The position numbers were made by a program, and so were the translations under genes. The notes under the pieces were generated by a model. It was not told the origin of the DNA and did not search any database. It saw nothing but the letters and a program-made list of their open reading frames with translations. Positions 41,367-51,627 of a stretch of DNA of 64,000 nt are shown here, piece after piece (the stretch's first letter is position 1; every line of letters begins with the position of its first letter). Origin of the DNA: Verrucomicrobiota bacterium (GTDB lineage Bacteria; Verrucomicrobiota; Verrucomicrobiia; Limisphaerales; AAA164-E04); NCBI GenBank assembly GCA_047947115.1, contig CP170459.1, positions 5,568,001-5,632,000 on the forward strand. The letters run 5' to 3'.

Positions 41367-41918
41367 ATGGCAAAAGTCTTCGAAACCATTGACGACTCCA
41401 TCCGTGAGTGGATCAACAACCAGAAAATATTCTTTGTTGCATCGGCACCTCTCTCGGGAGATGGCATGGTCAATTGCTCTCCCAAAGGATTGGACACCTT
41501 CAGGATACTTGGCCCGAGGAAAATCGCTTATCTCGACTACACAGGCAGCGGGGCGGAAACCATCGCACACCTCCGAGAAAACGGACGTATCGTCATCATG
41601 ATGTGTGCCTTCGAAGGTCGACCACGTATCATGCGATTTCATGGAGTAGGTAAGGCACATGAAACAGGTTCCAAGGAATTTGAATCCCTGTCCCAACATT
41701 TCGACAACCTCACAGGCGCCAGGGCAATGATTGTCATCGAAATCCATCGCATCGGAGACTCCTGCGGATATGCCGTCCCACGCTATCAGTATGTGGATAA
41801 CAGAGATGGATTGAACAAATGGGCAGAACAAAAGGGTGAGGAAGGGATTACTCGATACCAGCGTGAGAAAAACCGGGTAAGCTTGGATGGTCTTCCGGCC
41901 ATGCACTTTCCAGACTGA
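41367..41918 (+). CDS. Pyridoxamine 5'-phosphate oxidase-like FMN-binding protein
   Basis: FFVASAP, NCSPKG, TGSGAETIAHLRENGR, SCGYAVP, SLDGLP. Confidence 0.85.
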   Translation: MAKVFETIDDSIREWINNQKIFFVASAPLSGDGMVNCSPKGLDTFRILGPRKIAYLDYTGSGAETIAHLRENGRIVIMMCAFEGRPRIMRFHGVGKAHETGSKEFESLSQHFDNLTGARAMIVIEIHRIGDSCGYAVPRYQYVDNRDGLNKWAEQKGEEGITRYQREKNRVSLDGLPAMHFPD

Positions 41919-42059
41919 TCAACCGGGTAAATAAAGATCAGGAACAAGTTATGGATGAGCGTCTCAATGACACTCACCCACGCTGAGATCTTGTGAAACA
42001 TGGTTGGTTTCAACATTTTTAAAGCCATATGAAACATCTGGCATGCAAGGACTTCAAGG

Positions 42060-42479
42060 TTACAAAGCCTGCTTCCAATGCATCATTGCCTGAGTCAAAT
42101 GTGCTGACAAGTTGGCGAAAGAGCTTCCAAGCCCCAGCGCATGAGATGCTTCATCTTTCTTTCCGGCCAGAGCCAACTGCATGATTCGCGCGGTCTCTTC
42201 ATGGACTTTGGCATGCAGATCAAAGACTTTTGAATAATCGGGAAATTTGAGCAAGCTGGCTTTTTCACTGTTCAGCCATTTCCCCAACTCACAATGATGG
42301 GGTGACAGGACATGGTTGACTTCGAACTCACTGGATTGTTTGATAGTGGCGTCTTTCAAACGAACTTTCCACATCCCGTGCGCCGAAATGGCCTTCGTAA
42401 TCTGTTTCTTGATTTCGTCGTTCTTTATTGTTGATAGATGTTCAAACCAGATGGAGAAACTCATCTTCCCCACATCCAC
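42060..42479 (-). CDS. Stand-alone CZB (chemoreceptor zinc-binding) domain protein
   Basis: AH..WK..L, C.LGKW and H..VH zinc ligands; start uncertain. Confidence 0.75.
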   Translation of the reverse strand: MDVGKMSFSIWFEHLSTIKNDEIKKQITKAISAHGMWKVRLKDATIKQSSEFEVNHVLSPHHCELGKWLNSEKASLLKFPDYSKVFDLHAKVHEETARIMQLALAGKKDEASHALGLGSSFANLSAHLTQAMMHWKQAL

Positions 42480-42591
42480 CTATCGGAACCATGAGGACGA
42501 CCATAAAGCCATAATCGACATATCGATTGTGTATTGAACGTTCAGAAGCTTATGCTAGCATGGTCTTGTTTCACGACCCGCCCTAAAGAAT

Positions 42592-43353
42592 ATGAATACA
42601 GACAAACGCATTTTGGCCGGGAGAACCGGAGCATTTACACTGATCGAGCTACTCGTGGTGATTGCCATCATCGCCATCCTTGCCGGGATGCTTCTTCCTG
42701 CATTGAGCAAGGCAAAGCTGAAAGCGAACCAGATTTATTGCCTGAACAACGAAAAGCAAATGGGCATCGCCATAGCCATGTATTCGGGGGACTACGACGA
42801 ACGATTTCCGTTGGCAAAAAATTGGGGCAGATCCTGGGGGGAATCCTTTGTTCAAAAAGGAGCCACCCAATGGCTCCCTGCCCTGCTTGAACCTTATTTA
42901 ACCCGAAACAACATGACCAACCATGTCGAAGACGCGGACCACTCGGGTCCTCACCCCGTGCCTGAGAAAAGCATCTGGGCATGCCCCACCGGAATCAAAA
43001 CCAAGGATCCCGACGTACCCCGTCTGGATGACTTTCTGGCGGCCAATGATCATGTCACCTATGTCTGGAATCATATTTACTTAAAAAAAGACAACGCCTC
43101 CTATGAAGTGGACCGACCGGTCAGCGGCCGTCGGACAGCGGCAGTGTCATCCCCATCGCGAGCAGTGTTGTTATGGGAAATGCCCTACTGGAACCCACAG
43201 ATCTCGGCACACAAGGACGCACTGAACCTCGTCTTCGCTGACACCCACGCTGAACTGGAGAAACGAAAACTCGACGAGCAGGACTGGTGGCGCTATCACA
43301 GTCGCCGAGGATGGGATGACTCAGACCCCACCGGTAACACCGATTTACAATAA
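42592..43353 (+). CDS. Prepilin-type N-methylation protein (C-terminal motif variant ..FADTH)
   Basis: [30 protein letters not shown]. Confidence 0.85.
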   Translation: MNTDKRILAGRTGAFTLIELLVVIAIIAILAGMLLPALSKAKLKANQIYCLNNEKQMGIAIAMYSGDYDERFPLAKNWGRSWGESFVQKGATQWLPALLEPYLTRNNMTNHVEDADHSGPHPVPEKSIWACPTGIKTKDPDVPRLDDFLAANDHVTYVWNHIYLKKDNASYEVDRPVSGRRTAAVSSPSRAVLLWEMPYWNPQISAHKDALNLVFADTHAELEKRKLDEQDWWRYHSRRGWDDSDPTGNTDLQ

Positions 43354-43382
43354 AACACATCGAATTCATCGAACACTCAATC

Positions 43383-44375
43383 ATGAAGGCAGCATTCATT
43401 CAGGAAACCGGACTACCCGATGTCATTCAATATGGGGAGTTCCCCTCACCCACCCCGGGACCGGGCCAGATCCTGATTCAAACCGAAGCCTTATCCATCA
43501 ATCCTATCGACACCTACATCCGAGCCGGAAAAATTCCGATGGAGATTCCCATGCCATACATTCCCGGATGTGACTTCGCGGGGAAAGTGATCGGATTGGG
43601 AGAAGGGGTCACACAGTTCAAGGAAGGTGACCGCGTTTGGGGGAGCAATCAGGGTTTATTGGGCCGTCAGGGCACCTTTGCTGAACAAATTGCCGTTGAC
43701 GCTTGCTGGGCATATCCCATCCCTGAACCAGTCAAATCCGAGGATATCGCCGCGGTTTCATTGGTCGGCATCACCGCCCATCTGGGGCTCTTTGCGGAAG
43801 CAAACTTGCAGGCTGGTCAGATTCTCTTTGTTCAAGGTGGCAGTGGTGGTGTGGGTTCCATGGTGGTCCAAATGGCAAAAATCGCGGGTGCACGCGTCAT
43901 TACCACTGCTGGCAGCCAGGCAAAAGCCGAAGTCTGTCGATCCTTGGGCGCGGACGAAGTCATTCTTTACAAGGAGTCATCCGTGGCCGATCAGCTCAAG
44001 AACCTGGCTCCCGAGGGTGTTTCTGTCTGGTGGGAAACATTGAGGGAACCTGACTTTGATCTGGCAGTAGCATCCATGGCACCTCGAGGGTGCATGATCC
44101 TCATGGCAGGCCGAGATGCACGCCCCTCGTTCCCGGTGGGTCACTTCTATGTGAAACAATGCCGTTTGCACGGTTTCGTGATGTTTGGAGCCACACCGGA
44201 AGCACAGGCCGACTGCGCGAAGGACATCAATCAATGGATGTCTGAAGGAAAGTTGAAGGCCCGAATTGATCGCGTTTTGAAGCTTTCAGACACAGCAGAA
44301 GCACACCGCCTTCAGGGAGCCAATACTGTGGAAAACTCAGGTGTATTGGCTGGCAAAATCGTTTTGACACCTTGA
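43383..44375 (+). CDS. NADPH:quinone reductase (zeta-crystallin/MDR family)
   Basis: INPIDTYIRAG, PGCDFAG, GGSGGVG, GKIVL. Confidence 0.88.
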   Translation: MKAAFIQETGLPDVIQYGEFPSPTPGPGQILIQTEALSINPIDTYIRAGKIPMEIPMPYIPGCDFAGKVIGLGEGVTQFKEGDRVWGSNQGLLGRQGTFAEQIAVDACWAYPIPEPVKSEDIAAVSLVGITAHLGLFAEANLQAGQILFVQGGSGGVGSMVVQMAKIAGARVITTAGSQAKAEVCRSLGADEVILYKESSVADQLKNLAPEGVSVWWETLREPDFDLAVASMAPRGCMILMAGRDARPSFPVGHFYVKQCRLHGFVMFGATPEAQADCAKDINQWMSEGKLKARIDRVLKLSDTAEAHRLQGANTVENSGVLAGKIVLTP

Positions 44376-45050
44376 TCACCCGGGGGCGTTACCCTCTTTC
44401 CATTTCACATAAGCATCATGGAACGAACGGGCTGCCGCTTCAATGGCAGTCCAGTCCCCCTGCTTGACAGCTTCTGCAGGAAAAAGAGGCGTGCCCAAAC
44501 CAAAGGCATCCGCCCCAGCATTCAAATACTCGACCATCCGCTCAACCGACACCCCACCAGTCGGCGCGACACGCACTTCCGGCATAGGCGCTTTGATGGA
44601 CTTGATGTAACCCGCTCCAAGCGTATCCGCCGGAAAAATCTTGGCAGCAAGCGCACCGGACTCGTAAGCCCGATACACTTCGGTCGGGGACATCGCCCCC
44701 GGGATGAATGGGATCCGCGACTCCTGACAACATCGAATCACTTGCTCGTTGAAGTTCGGCGTCACGATGAAATTGGCGCCAGCTTCCACGGCTTGATGAA
44801 ACCGCTCACATGTGGTGACGGTCCCGGCGCCAATCTGCATACTGGTTCCCCCTGCCGCTTGAATGGCATGCCGAATTTGCTCCGTCGCTCCATCTGTGTT
44901 CATGGTAATCTCCAACTGGCTTAATCCACCCTTGGAAATCGCCTGGACAATCGGCGCCACGGAATCCAATGGAAATCCCCGCATGATGACCACCAATGGC
45001 ATTTCCCAAAAGGTCGTCTCGTTGAAGGCTGGCTGTTTCATGGATATCAT
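44376..45050 (-). CDS. dgoA: KDPG/KDPGal aldolase
   Basis: EITMN, GAGTV, PGAMSPTE, KIFPA, PTGGV; downstream of a dgoK-like gene. Confidence 0.8.
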   Translation of the reverse strand: MISMKQPAFNETTFWEMPLVVIMRGFPLDSVAPIVQAISKGGLSQLEITMNTDGATEQIRHAIQAAGGTSMQIGAGTVTTCERFHQAVEAGANFIVTPNFNEQVIRCCQESRIPFIPGAMSPTEVYRAYESGALAAKIFPADTLGAGYIKSIKAPMPEVRVAPTGGVSVERMVEYLNAGADAFGLGTPLFPAEAVKQGDWTAIEAAARSFHDAYVKWKEGNAPG

Positions 45051-45072
45051 TGATTTGTAGATGACGGGAGTT

Positions 45073-46098
45073 TCAAATCAAGACCTTCTGTCCCAACCAG
45101 GAGGCATTATCCAAATCATCGGCGTCCACGAACTGAAGTCGCCCCGCTGTTTCCAAGTGATCGGCTGCCATTCGATACAGCTCGCTGAATCTTGCTCCGG
45201 CAGCGATCAACACAGGCAGAGCCTCAGGATGATGCCGATTGATTTGCAGCAACTCCTCGCCGATCAATAATCCCAACAAAAACCAGATATTGTCCTGCGC
45301 CGAAGCCGAATAAAGCACTCCACGCGTCCTGGCTTGAAACAAACCTCCAAGCAATCCGGTCTGCTTCGCACGCAACACTCCGCACTTGAATGACTCCTGT
45401 TGGGAATCCTGAATCATTTTAAATTTCTGTTCAAAAACGATCTTCAAATCAACCGTTGCCTGTAGAACGCTGTGTCTGGATAAAACCTCCAGCAGCTCAC
45501 CCGTCATGTAGGTTTGAACCGACTGCATCACCCCATCCCGAATCAACACATGCTTGGAATGCGTCCCAGGCACCACCGCGAGACAGTAACCAGACAGCGA
45601 ACGATAGGAAGGCAACGAAAAAACCCCCATCAATTCGGTTTCTTCGCCCCTCATCATTTCATCCTGTGAACAAACACCTGAAATGAGACGACACTCAATG
45701 ACGGTACCGGAATGACATAAAAGCTCCCTGGATTGAATAATCGCTCCGGAACCATCCAGTGGAAAAGGCATGCGGGCGTATGGAAGATCCACCCACCCGA
45801 TGGAAGAGGAGGCCATGCCGGATAGCATCATGCGAATGCTCGCTGCTTTAACACCCTTTGATTCGAGCATGTCCTGACATTCACGAATCAGAAAGTTTTT
45901 GAACAGATCCCCTCGATCAACTCCTTCCTTGACCGACTGGAGATAAATGGATTTCACCCCCACGTCTCGCCTGGTTTCGGCCAATTTTTCACCGCGTTGG
46001 ACATCGATCAGTCGAAGCCGAAAAGAAGAAGTCCCCCAATCGCAACTCAAAAAGAGAGACGAAGCCGGATGATCCTGTGCTGCAGTTTGATTACTCAT
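45073..46098 (-). CDS. dgoK: 2-dehydro-3-deoxygalactonokinase
   Basis: DWGTSSFR, GMASS.IGW, MRGEETE, PGTHSKH, MTGEL, GLLIGEE; the 5' extension to 46515 is antisense to the next gene. Confidence 0.85.
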   Translation of the reverse strand: MSNQTAAQDHPASSLFLSCDWGTSSFRLRLIDVQRGEKLAETRRDVGVKSIYLQSVKEGVDRGDLFKNFLIRECQDMLESKGVKAASIRMMLSGMASSSIGWVDLPYARMPFPLDGSGAIIQSRELLCHSGTVIECRLISGVCSQDEMMRGEETELMGVFSLPSYRSLSGYCLAVVPGTHSKHVLIRDGVMQSVQTYMTGELLEVLSRHSVLQATVDLKIVFEQKFKMIQDSQQESFKCGVLRAKQTGLLGGLFQARTRGVLYSASAQDNIWFLLGLLIGEELLQINRHHPEALPVLIAAGARFSELYRMAADHLETAGRLQFVDADDLDNASWLGQKVLI

Positions 46099-46165
46099 CA
46101 TCATGTTGTTCAAATTCGAATTGCCTGCCCAACAAGACTTGGATACTGTGAAGCACAGATTCCCA

Positions 46166-47374
46166 ATGAAAGAAAAAAACATGATCTCCCTGCGTTTCAC
46201 CCAAAATGAAATGGTTCGCCTTTGTTGTGGCGGCCTGCTCACCCTTTCCATTTGGTCGACACATTCTGTCTGCGGACAAATCATGTTGTCCGGCAACGAA
46301 AACAAAATCGACCTGAACTCTGGAGCTGCCGCCGTGGTGACCAATGCAGGCACGGATTCGATCACCATGCTGGATTTCTCAGAATTCCCCCCAAAGACCA
46401 CCCACCTGGACAACATCCCCAATTCGGTCATCGGCCCTCCCTCCAATATTGCCATTTCACCCGACGGAAACCTGGCCCTGATTGCCAATTCCTTGAAGAT
46501 CGATCCCAATGACAAAACAAATTGGGTTCCGGAGTCCTATGTGCATGTGATGAACCTTGATTGCCATCCACCCAAAATCATCGGGCGGGCAAGCACCCAA
46601 GATCAACCGTCCGGCATATCTTTCACGCCAGATGGGAAAATCGCGCTGGTTGCCAACAGGGCCAGCGGCAGCATCACATCGCTTGCGTTGTCTGAAGACG
46701 GTTCGGCCTATACCATTGGGCACACGCAGGTCTGTGAACCGGAACTAAGCCTCTCGGATATCGCCATCAGCCCCGACGGAACCACTGCACTGGCAAGCGT
46801 GCAAAAGGGAAGTTACCTGGCGGAACTAAAATTAGATGGCAATGAGCCGACGGTAACGGGACGCAAATACTCCGTGTATGGCCAACCTTATCGCGTGGTT
46901 ATTTCACCCGATGGACGATATGGCATCACGGCAGGCGCAGGCGCGGGGGGTGATCCCATCGACCCGGACGCGATCACCATCGTGGATTTGAAAGCTAATC
47001 CGCCCGCAGTCATCGATCACATCACTATTGATCCAATCACTGAATCACTGGAAATCAGTCCCGACGGCAAACTCATCGCCGCAGTCTGCATGTCCGGTTC
47101 GAACCTGGCCTCGGACAACCCTCACCGAACCGAAGCAGGAAGTCTTGTGATTTTGAAACGCACAAGAAGCGGATTCGAAGTGAGTCAAAAACTTCCCACT
47201 GGACGCATCCCGGAAGGTGTGGCTTTTACATCAGACGGCAAATACCTGGCAGTTCAATGCCACCCATCAAAGGAAATCTGGCTCTATAAAATCCGTGGAA
47301 CCAAAGTAAGAGACACCGGAGAACGCATCCAAACACCGGGATACCCATCCTCCCTAAGAGCGTCCTCCCGGTAA
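46166..47374 (+). CDS. Secreted YncE/YVTN-like beta-propeller protein
   Basis: Repeated I(S/T)PDG blades; signal-like N-terminus; start uncertain (46166/46181/46211). Confidence 0.7.
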   Translation: MKEKNMISLRFTQNEMVRLCCGGLLTLSIWSTHSVCGQIMLSGNENKIDLNSGAAAVVTNAGTDSITMLDFSEFPPKTTHLDNIPNSVIGPPSNIAISPDGNLALIANSLKIDPNDKTNWVPESYVHVMNLDCHPPKIIGRASTQDQPSGISFTPDGKIALVANRASGSITSLALSEDGSAYTIGHTQVCEPELSLSDIAISPDGTTALASVQKGSYLAELKLDGNEPTVTGRKYSVYGQPYRVVISPDGRYGITAGAGAGGDPIDPDAITIVDLKANPPAVIDHITIDPITESLEISPDGKLIAAVCMSGSNLASDNPHRTEAGSLVILKRTRSGFEVSQKLPTGRIPEGVAFTSDGKYLAVQCHPSKEIWLYKIRGTKVRDTGERIQTPGYPSSLRASSR

Positions 47375-47391
47375 ACCAACCATCCATCAGA

Positions 47392-48216
47392 CTAATACCC
47401 GGCTTTCAAATCACTGGTGCGTTGAAGGAGCCAATCCCAATCCGTGGTCGGATCGGCGGCGAAACTTCCACCCACGCCTCCCTGAATCGGGGGACGCACG
47501 GTTCCTTCAGGACCATTCACCTGCCATCGATGCCCTTCGGAGTGTCCGTCTGCATAAGATAAGTTTGCGCCCCCGTTGTGGTAACTGGCAGGTAGATTCC
47601 CCCACTCATAATCGCCCAGGCGATTCATGAAAAAACCATCATTGATCGTATCCGGATGCTCCCCGAGGAAAACATGGATTTCCGAAGGACGGCGCACCGC
47701 TGTCGATTTGAAAAACTGCAGATATTTGGGATTAAATTCATCCACCAACACCCCAGGATCACCCACAAGATGGTTCAGGGAATAACTGCGAATGCGAGGA
47801 CCGTTTGCGGCGCGTGTCTTGTCGGAAGGACACCGAAAAACAGCCACCGAATGCCCGACATAAGGTCCCAGTTTACCATGGGTGACGTAGACGATGTTGG
47901 TGTTGTCCGGGGCATTTTCCCAATCCAGCACATGATTCACCCAATTATTGCGATCCTCACGTGTCTGGCCAATGCCATGGTTATTCATCAAACGGTCTTC
48001 ATTGTCATCCGCATACAAGGTCCACCCCAAACTCATTTGCTTGATATTACTAAGACAGGCAACCCCCTGCGCCTTGGCCTTGGCCTTGGACAACGCCGGC
48101 AACAACATCCCCGCCAGAATGGCAATGATGGCAATGACCACCAGCAATTCGATTAATGTAAACCCCGATCTCCGGCCTGACTCAGCGCGGATACGGCCTG
48201 ATAAATGACATCGCAT
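47392..48216 (-). CDS. Prepilin-type N-methylation / H-X9-DG-like protein
   Basis: [44 protein letters not shown]. Confidence 0.88.
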   Translation of the reverse strand: MRCHLSGRIRAESGRRSGFTLIELLVVIAIIAILAGMLLPALSKAKAKAQGVACLSNIKQMSLGWTLYADDNEDRLMNNHGIGQTREDRNNWVNHVLDWENAPDNTNIVYVTHGKLGPYVGHSVAVFRCPSDKTRAANGPRIRSYSLNHLVGDPGVLVDEFNPKYLQFFKSTAVRRPSEIHVFLGEHPDTINDGFFMNRLGDYEWGNLPASYHNGGANLSYADGHSEGHRWQVNGPEGTVRPPIQGGVGGSFAADPTTDWDWLLQRTSDLKAGY

Positions 48217-48366
48217 TCGACAAGCCTGCTGCGCTGGCCCATTAAAATCAAGCTTGGGATTGAGGCAGTCAATCGGAAGAAAAACGGATATCAGGATGAC
48301 ACTCGCCCCGCCCCTTGTTCAATCGGCCCAATTCGGTCACACCCGAACATAAACCGCATAAAACAA

Positions 48367-48993
48367 TTAAGCACCAACTGCTTTAAGTGCGTTGTGAATG
48401 AAGGCTCGCATTTTAAGGGTGCATTTTCGCCCAGGTTCCGATTCGACACTTGAGGATACATCCACTCCGAATGGTTGGACAGACCGGATCGCATCCTCAA
48501 TGTTTTCAGGCTTCAAACCTCCCGCAAGAAAGAGTGGTTTGGCATAGGGACGAATTGTTTTCAGCACGTCCCATTGAAATGAGTGCCCCGTGCCCCCTCG
48601 CTCTCCGGGGTGATAGCTATCTACCAACCAGGCGTCGGTATTGAAGTCTTTCAAGGCAGCCAGGCTGGATGTGTCATGCACTCGAAACGCTTTCATGGTT
48701 TTCACGCGATAACCCGCACAATCCTCAGGTGATTCTTCGCCATGGAATTGCAACAGTTCGAGACCGCAGGTCTCCAGCGTTTTTTCAACTTCCTCGCGCG
48801 AGGCATTCACAAACACGCCCACCTTGGTTACGCAGGGTGGCAGGGCGGCACAAATCGCCGCAGCAGCATCCACCTCAATAAACCGTTTACTGGAACGGTA
48901 AAACATGAATCCCAACGCATCGGCTCCGCATGCCACCGCGTTTTCAGCGTCGCCCAGACAGGTTATTCCACAAATTTTAACTCGCACTCTCAT
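48367..48993 (-). CDS. trpF: Phosphoribosylanthranilate isomerase
   Basis: KICGIT, GVFVN, QFHGEE, GGTG..F.W, LAGGL, GVDVSS.VE..PG.K. Confidence 0.93.
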   Translation of the reverse strand: MRVRVKICGITCLGDAENAVACGADALGFMFYRSSKRFIEVDAAAAICAALPPCVTKVGVFVNASREEVEKTLETCGLELLQFHGEESPEDCAGYRVKTMKAFRVHDTSSLAALKDFNTDAWLVDSYHPGERGGTGHSFQWDVLKTIRPYAKPLFLAGGLKPENIEDAIRSVQPFGVDVSSSVESEPGRKCTLKMRAFIHNALKAVGA

Positions 48994-49665
48994 CCGATCT
49001 TGCGGATTAAGCTAAGGAGCATTGATTCATTTGAAAAGCGAAAGTCACCCCACAGGCCGGAATGGATTCAAGAAATCCCCTTTAAATCGAGCATACGTTC
49101 AATCACTTTGTCGGTCACCTCACTGATGGTCCGGTTTGGGTTGGTTGGATCGTTTCCACTTACGCCAACTACATTTCGGTCGGTTCCACGCCTCAGTCCT
49201 TTTCCTATTTTCTGCATCAATCGTATCAACATACACCCATAATACGGTTGAGAGGGGTATTTGGTTACGAACATTTCATGACATTTTTGTCATGTTTTTT
49301 GCGAAAAAGCAAAACACCCCAGCTGATTGAACCGTGTTCAGACGGATAAAAGACGTTCAAATCTGTTAAAGCCATTCAATAAAAACAGGCCCACCGAATG
49401 GTAGATTGCTGCTGATCCAGTAATACTCCCGCTTTCTGATCTCCCGAAAATGGATGTGATAAATGCGCGGAACATAAGGAGAATCACCTCCCAACAGTCC
49501 ACTGGCAAATTCCACATTGGCTTTATCTATGCCTGTTTTAATTTCATTGGAAAGGCTCTTTATCACCACACTGTTTCCTTCCTCCCCCAACACTCCACAC
49601 CATCCCCATATCGGATGAAGAGCCATCACAGAAAACCCCACATAAAAAACGTTTTCGCAGGGCAT

Positions 49666-49692
49666 CCAGAGCGGTGCTGCTCACCGCACTCC
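49666..49692. repeat. Single REP-like palindrome downstream of xylB
   Basis: ccagagcggtg-ctgct-caccgcactcc hairpin (GGAGTGCG.. on the minus strand). Confidence 0.45.
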
Positions 49693-49708
49693 TGGGACGG
49701 ACCAGCGC

Positions 49709-51241
49709 TTACCCGGTCGTGATGGAGCGGTGGTCGGTGAACACTTTCTTCAACGAAGTCGCCGCCTTGTCTTGCAAGGCCTGTAAGGTCTCGTAAGCAG
49801 CCACATGTTTCTCGTTGGGCTGGGCTGTTTCCCTGGTGTTGACCTTCACAAATTTATCGGTGATTTCATCGATGGAAATGATCTCGCCCTGTCGCTGACG
49901 CCAACACCACATCGCCTGCAATGCAGCTCCGTAGGCGGCGCCCTCCGCCACTTGCAAGGTCACTACTTCGGCGTTGAACACATCGGCCATGATTTGTCGC
50001 CAGACTTTTGATTTGGCGCCACCACCGGTGGCTCGAATCTGGGTGGGTTTCAGCCCAAGCTTACGCAATCGGTTCAAGCCGTAGTTCATCCCCAAGGTCA
50101 CCCCTTCGATGGCTGCGCGCGCGCGGTGGCTGGCTGAGGAGGTCTGATGTCGATAACCGATCCAAACGCCGGTTCCATCGGGTAAATTAGGTGTGCGTTC
50201 CCCTTCGAGGTAAGGCAGCAACAACAGACCATCCGAACCTGCAGGAACTTTGGCTGCGGCTTTGGCGTATTGATCGTGGGTCCAACCCAACTCCGAACGC
50301 ACCAACTCAGTCGCAACGGTGACGTTCATCGTGCAAAGCAAGGGCAACCATTGGTTGGTGGAATCACAGAAGGCGGCAATGTCACCTTTGGGATCGACCA
50401 CGGGATTGTCGGAACATGCGTAAATGGTACCACTGGTTCCAAAACTTGCCGTCACCACACCGCTGCGGGTGTTTCCGGTCCCAATGGCTCCCATCATGTT
50501 GTCTCCTCCACCGGCGCTGACGAGAACTTCTTCGTTAAGGCCAAGTGCGGTGGCTGTTGCTGATTGCAAGTTGCCTGCCGGTTGATCACTGGAGATGAGT
50601 TCAGGCAACATACCGGGCAACTTGTCGTCAATGGTGGCCATCACCTTGTCCGACCAGGCGCGTTGACGCACGTCCAGCAAGGCTGTTCCACTGGCATCCC
50701 CGTATTCCATGACGGCACGTCCTGTCAGCCAATGATTCAGGTAATCATGCGGGAGCAGGACAGTTTTGAGTCGCTTGAAATTTTTGGGCTCATTCTTCTT
50801 GAGCCAAAGGATTTTAGGTGCCGTGAATCCGGGCAGGATGGCATTGCCGATTTCCTTGATAGCGGATTTCACACCGCCCAAGGCTTCGGTCATTTCCTCA
50901 CACTCGGCGGAAGTGCTGGTATCGCACCAAAGTTTGGCAGGGCGGATCACTTCTCCGGATTTATCCAGAGGCACAAATCCGTGTTGCTGACCGCTGACAC
51001 CGATGGCGCGGACTTCATCTTTGGAGGCCTTGGCAAGTTTGAGGGCTTTCTTGATCGATTTCTCAGTCGCCTCACGCCAGGTATGCGGATGTTGTTCCTT
51101 GGCGCCGGGAGGCAATCCCTCGATCAAGCCATAGGCTTGGGAAGCCTCGGAAACAACCTTTCCGGAACGCCCGTCCACCACCAAAACCTTGGTGGACTGA
51201 GTTCCGCTATCTATACCAATGAACAAGTTTCGCTTTGCCAT
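49709..51241 (-). CDS. xylB: Xylulokinase
   Basis: GIDSGTQSTK, SGQQHG, LWCD, DASGT, GGGDN, GTSG, GERTP, GGGAKS..WRQ. Confidence 0.9.
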   Translation of the reverse strand: MAKRNLFIGIDSGTQSTKVLVVDGRSGKVVSEASQAYGLIEGLPPGAKEQHPHTWREATEKSIKKALKLAKASKDEVRAIGVSGQQHGFVPLDKSGEVIRPAKLWCDTSTSAECEEMTEALGGVKSAIKEIGNAILPGFTAPKILWLKKNEPKNFKRLKTVLLPHDYLNHWLTGRAVMEYGDASGTALLDVRQRAWSDKVMATIDDKLPGMLPELISSDQPAGNLQSATATALGLNEEVLVSAGGGDNMMGAIGTGNTRSGVVTASFGTSGTIYACSDNPVVDPKGDIAAFCDSTNQWLPLLCTMNVTVATELVRSELGWTHDQYAKAAAKVPAGSDGLLLLPYLEGERTPNLPDGTGVWIGYRHQTSSASHRARAAIEGVTLGMNYGLNRLRKLGLKPTQIRATGGGAKSKVWRQIMADVFNAEVVTLQVAEGAAYGAALQAMWCWRQRQGEIISIDEITDKFVKVNTRETAQPNEKHVAAYETLQALQDKAATSLKKVFTDHRSITTG

Positions 51242-51368
51242 GCGCGCATCCTAATAAGTAGAGCAACACTACATCAAGCAGAACTGAAGGAGTGATGAAC
51301 AGGTGGTGGTGTGTGTGTAGTTGCTGAATTGGATCGTATTATTCCATTTCTCTTACGATTCACCTATC

Positions 51369-51402
51369 TTGACAATGAGGTAGGAATTCTTACTTTGTAT
51401 GT
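51369..51402 (+). promoter_or_regulatory. Sigma70-like promoter with overlapping palindromic operator for the TA operon
   Basis: TTGACA (51369-74), 16 bp, TACTTT (51391-96); imperfect palindrome gtaggaattcttac in the spacer; ATG 7 nt after the -10 element. Confidence 0.6.
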
Positions 51403-51627
51403 ATGAACGCGGTGGTATCGGAAAAAGGACAAATCACCATTCCTAAAAAGCTAAGGCATGATCTTGGTCTGGAGCCAGGGTCGGTGATAGAGTTTATGGA
51501 ACGGGACGGATCCTTAATCCTAACAAAAAGGATGGATACGGATCCGGTGGACGACTGGCTGGGTTTTGCAAAAATGCCAAAAGGCAAGACCGTGGATGCC
51601 TATATAAAATCAATTAGAGGTCGATGA
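51403..51627 (+). CDS. vapB: AbrB/MazE/SpoVT-type antitoxin
   Basis: SEKGQITIPK.LR..LGL.PG; ATGA overlap with the PIN gene. Confidence 0.85.
   Translation: MNAVVSEKGQITIPKKLRHDLGLEPGSVIEFMERDGSLILTKRMDTDPVDDWLGFAKMPKGKTVDAYIKSIRGR

Noticed and set aside
46099..46515. N-terminal extension of dgoK (similar extensions on ORFs 33701..35125, 56644..57336, 37280, 58778)
   Set aside because: The extensions overlap neighbouring genes or promoters, and family motifs begin at downstream ATGs
49366..49665. 99-aa minus-strand ORF
   Set aside because: No recognisable motif or convincing start; it could be a gene remnant but cannot be supported
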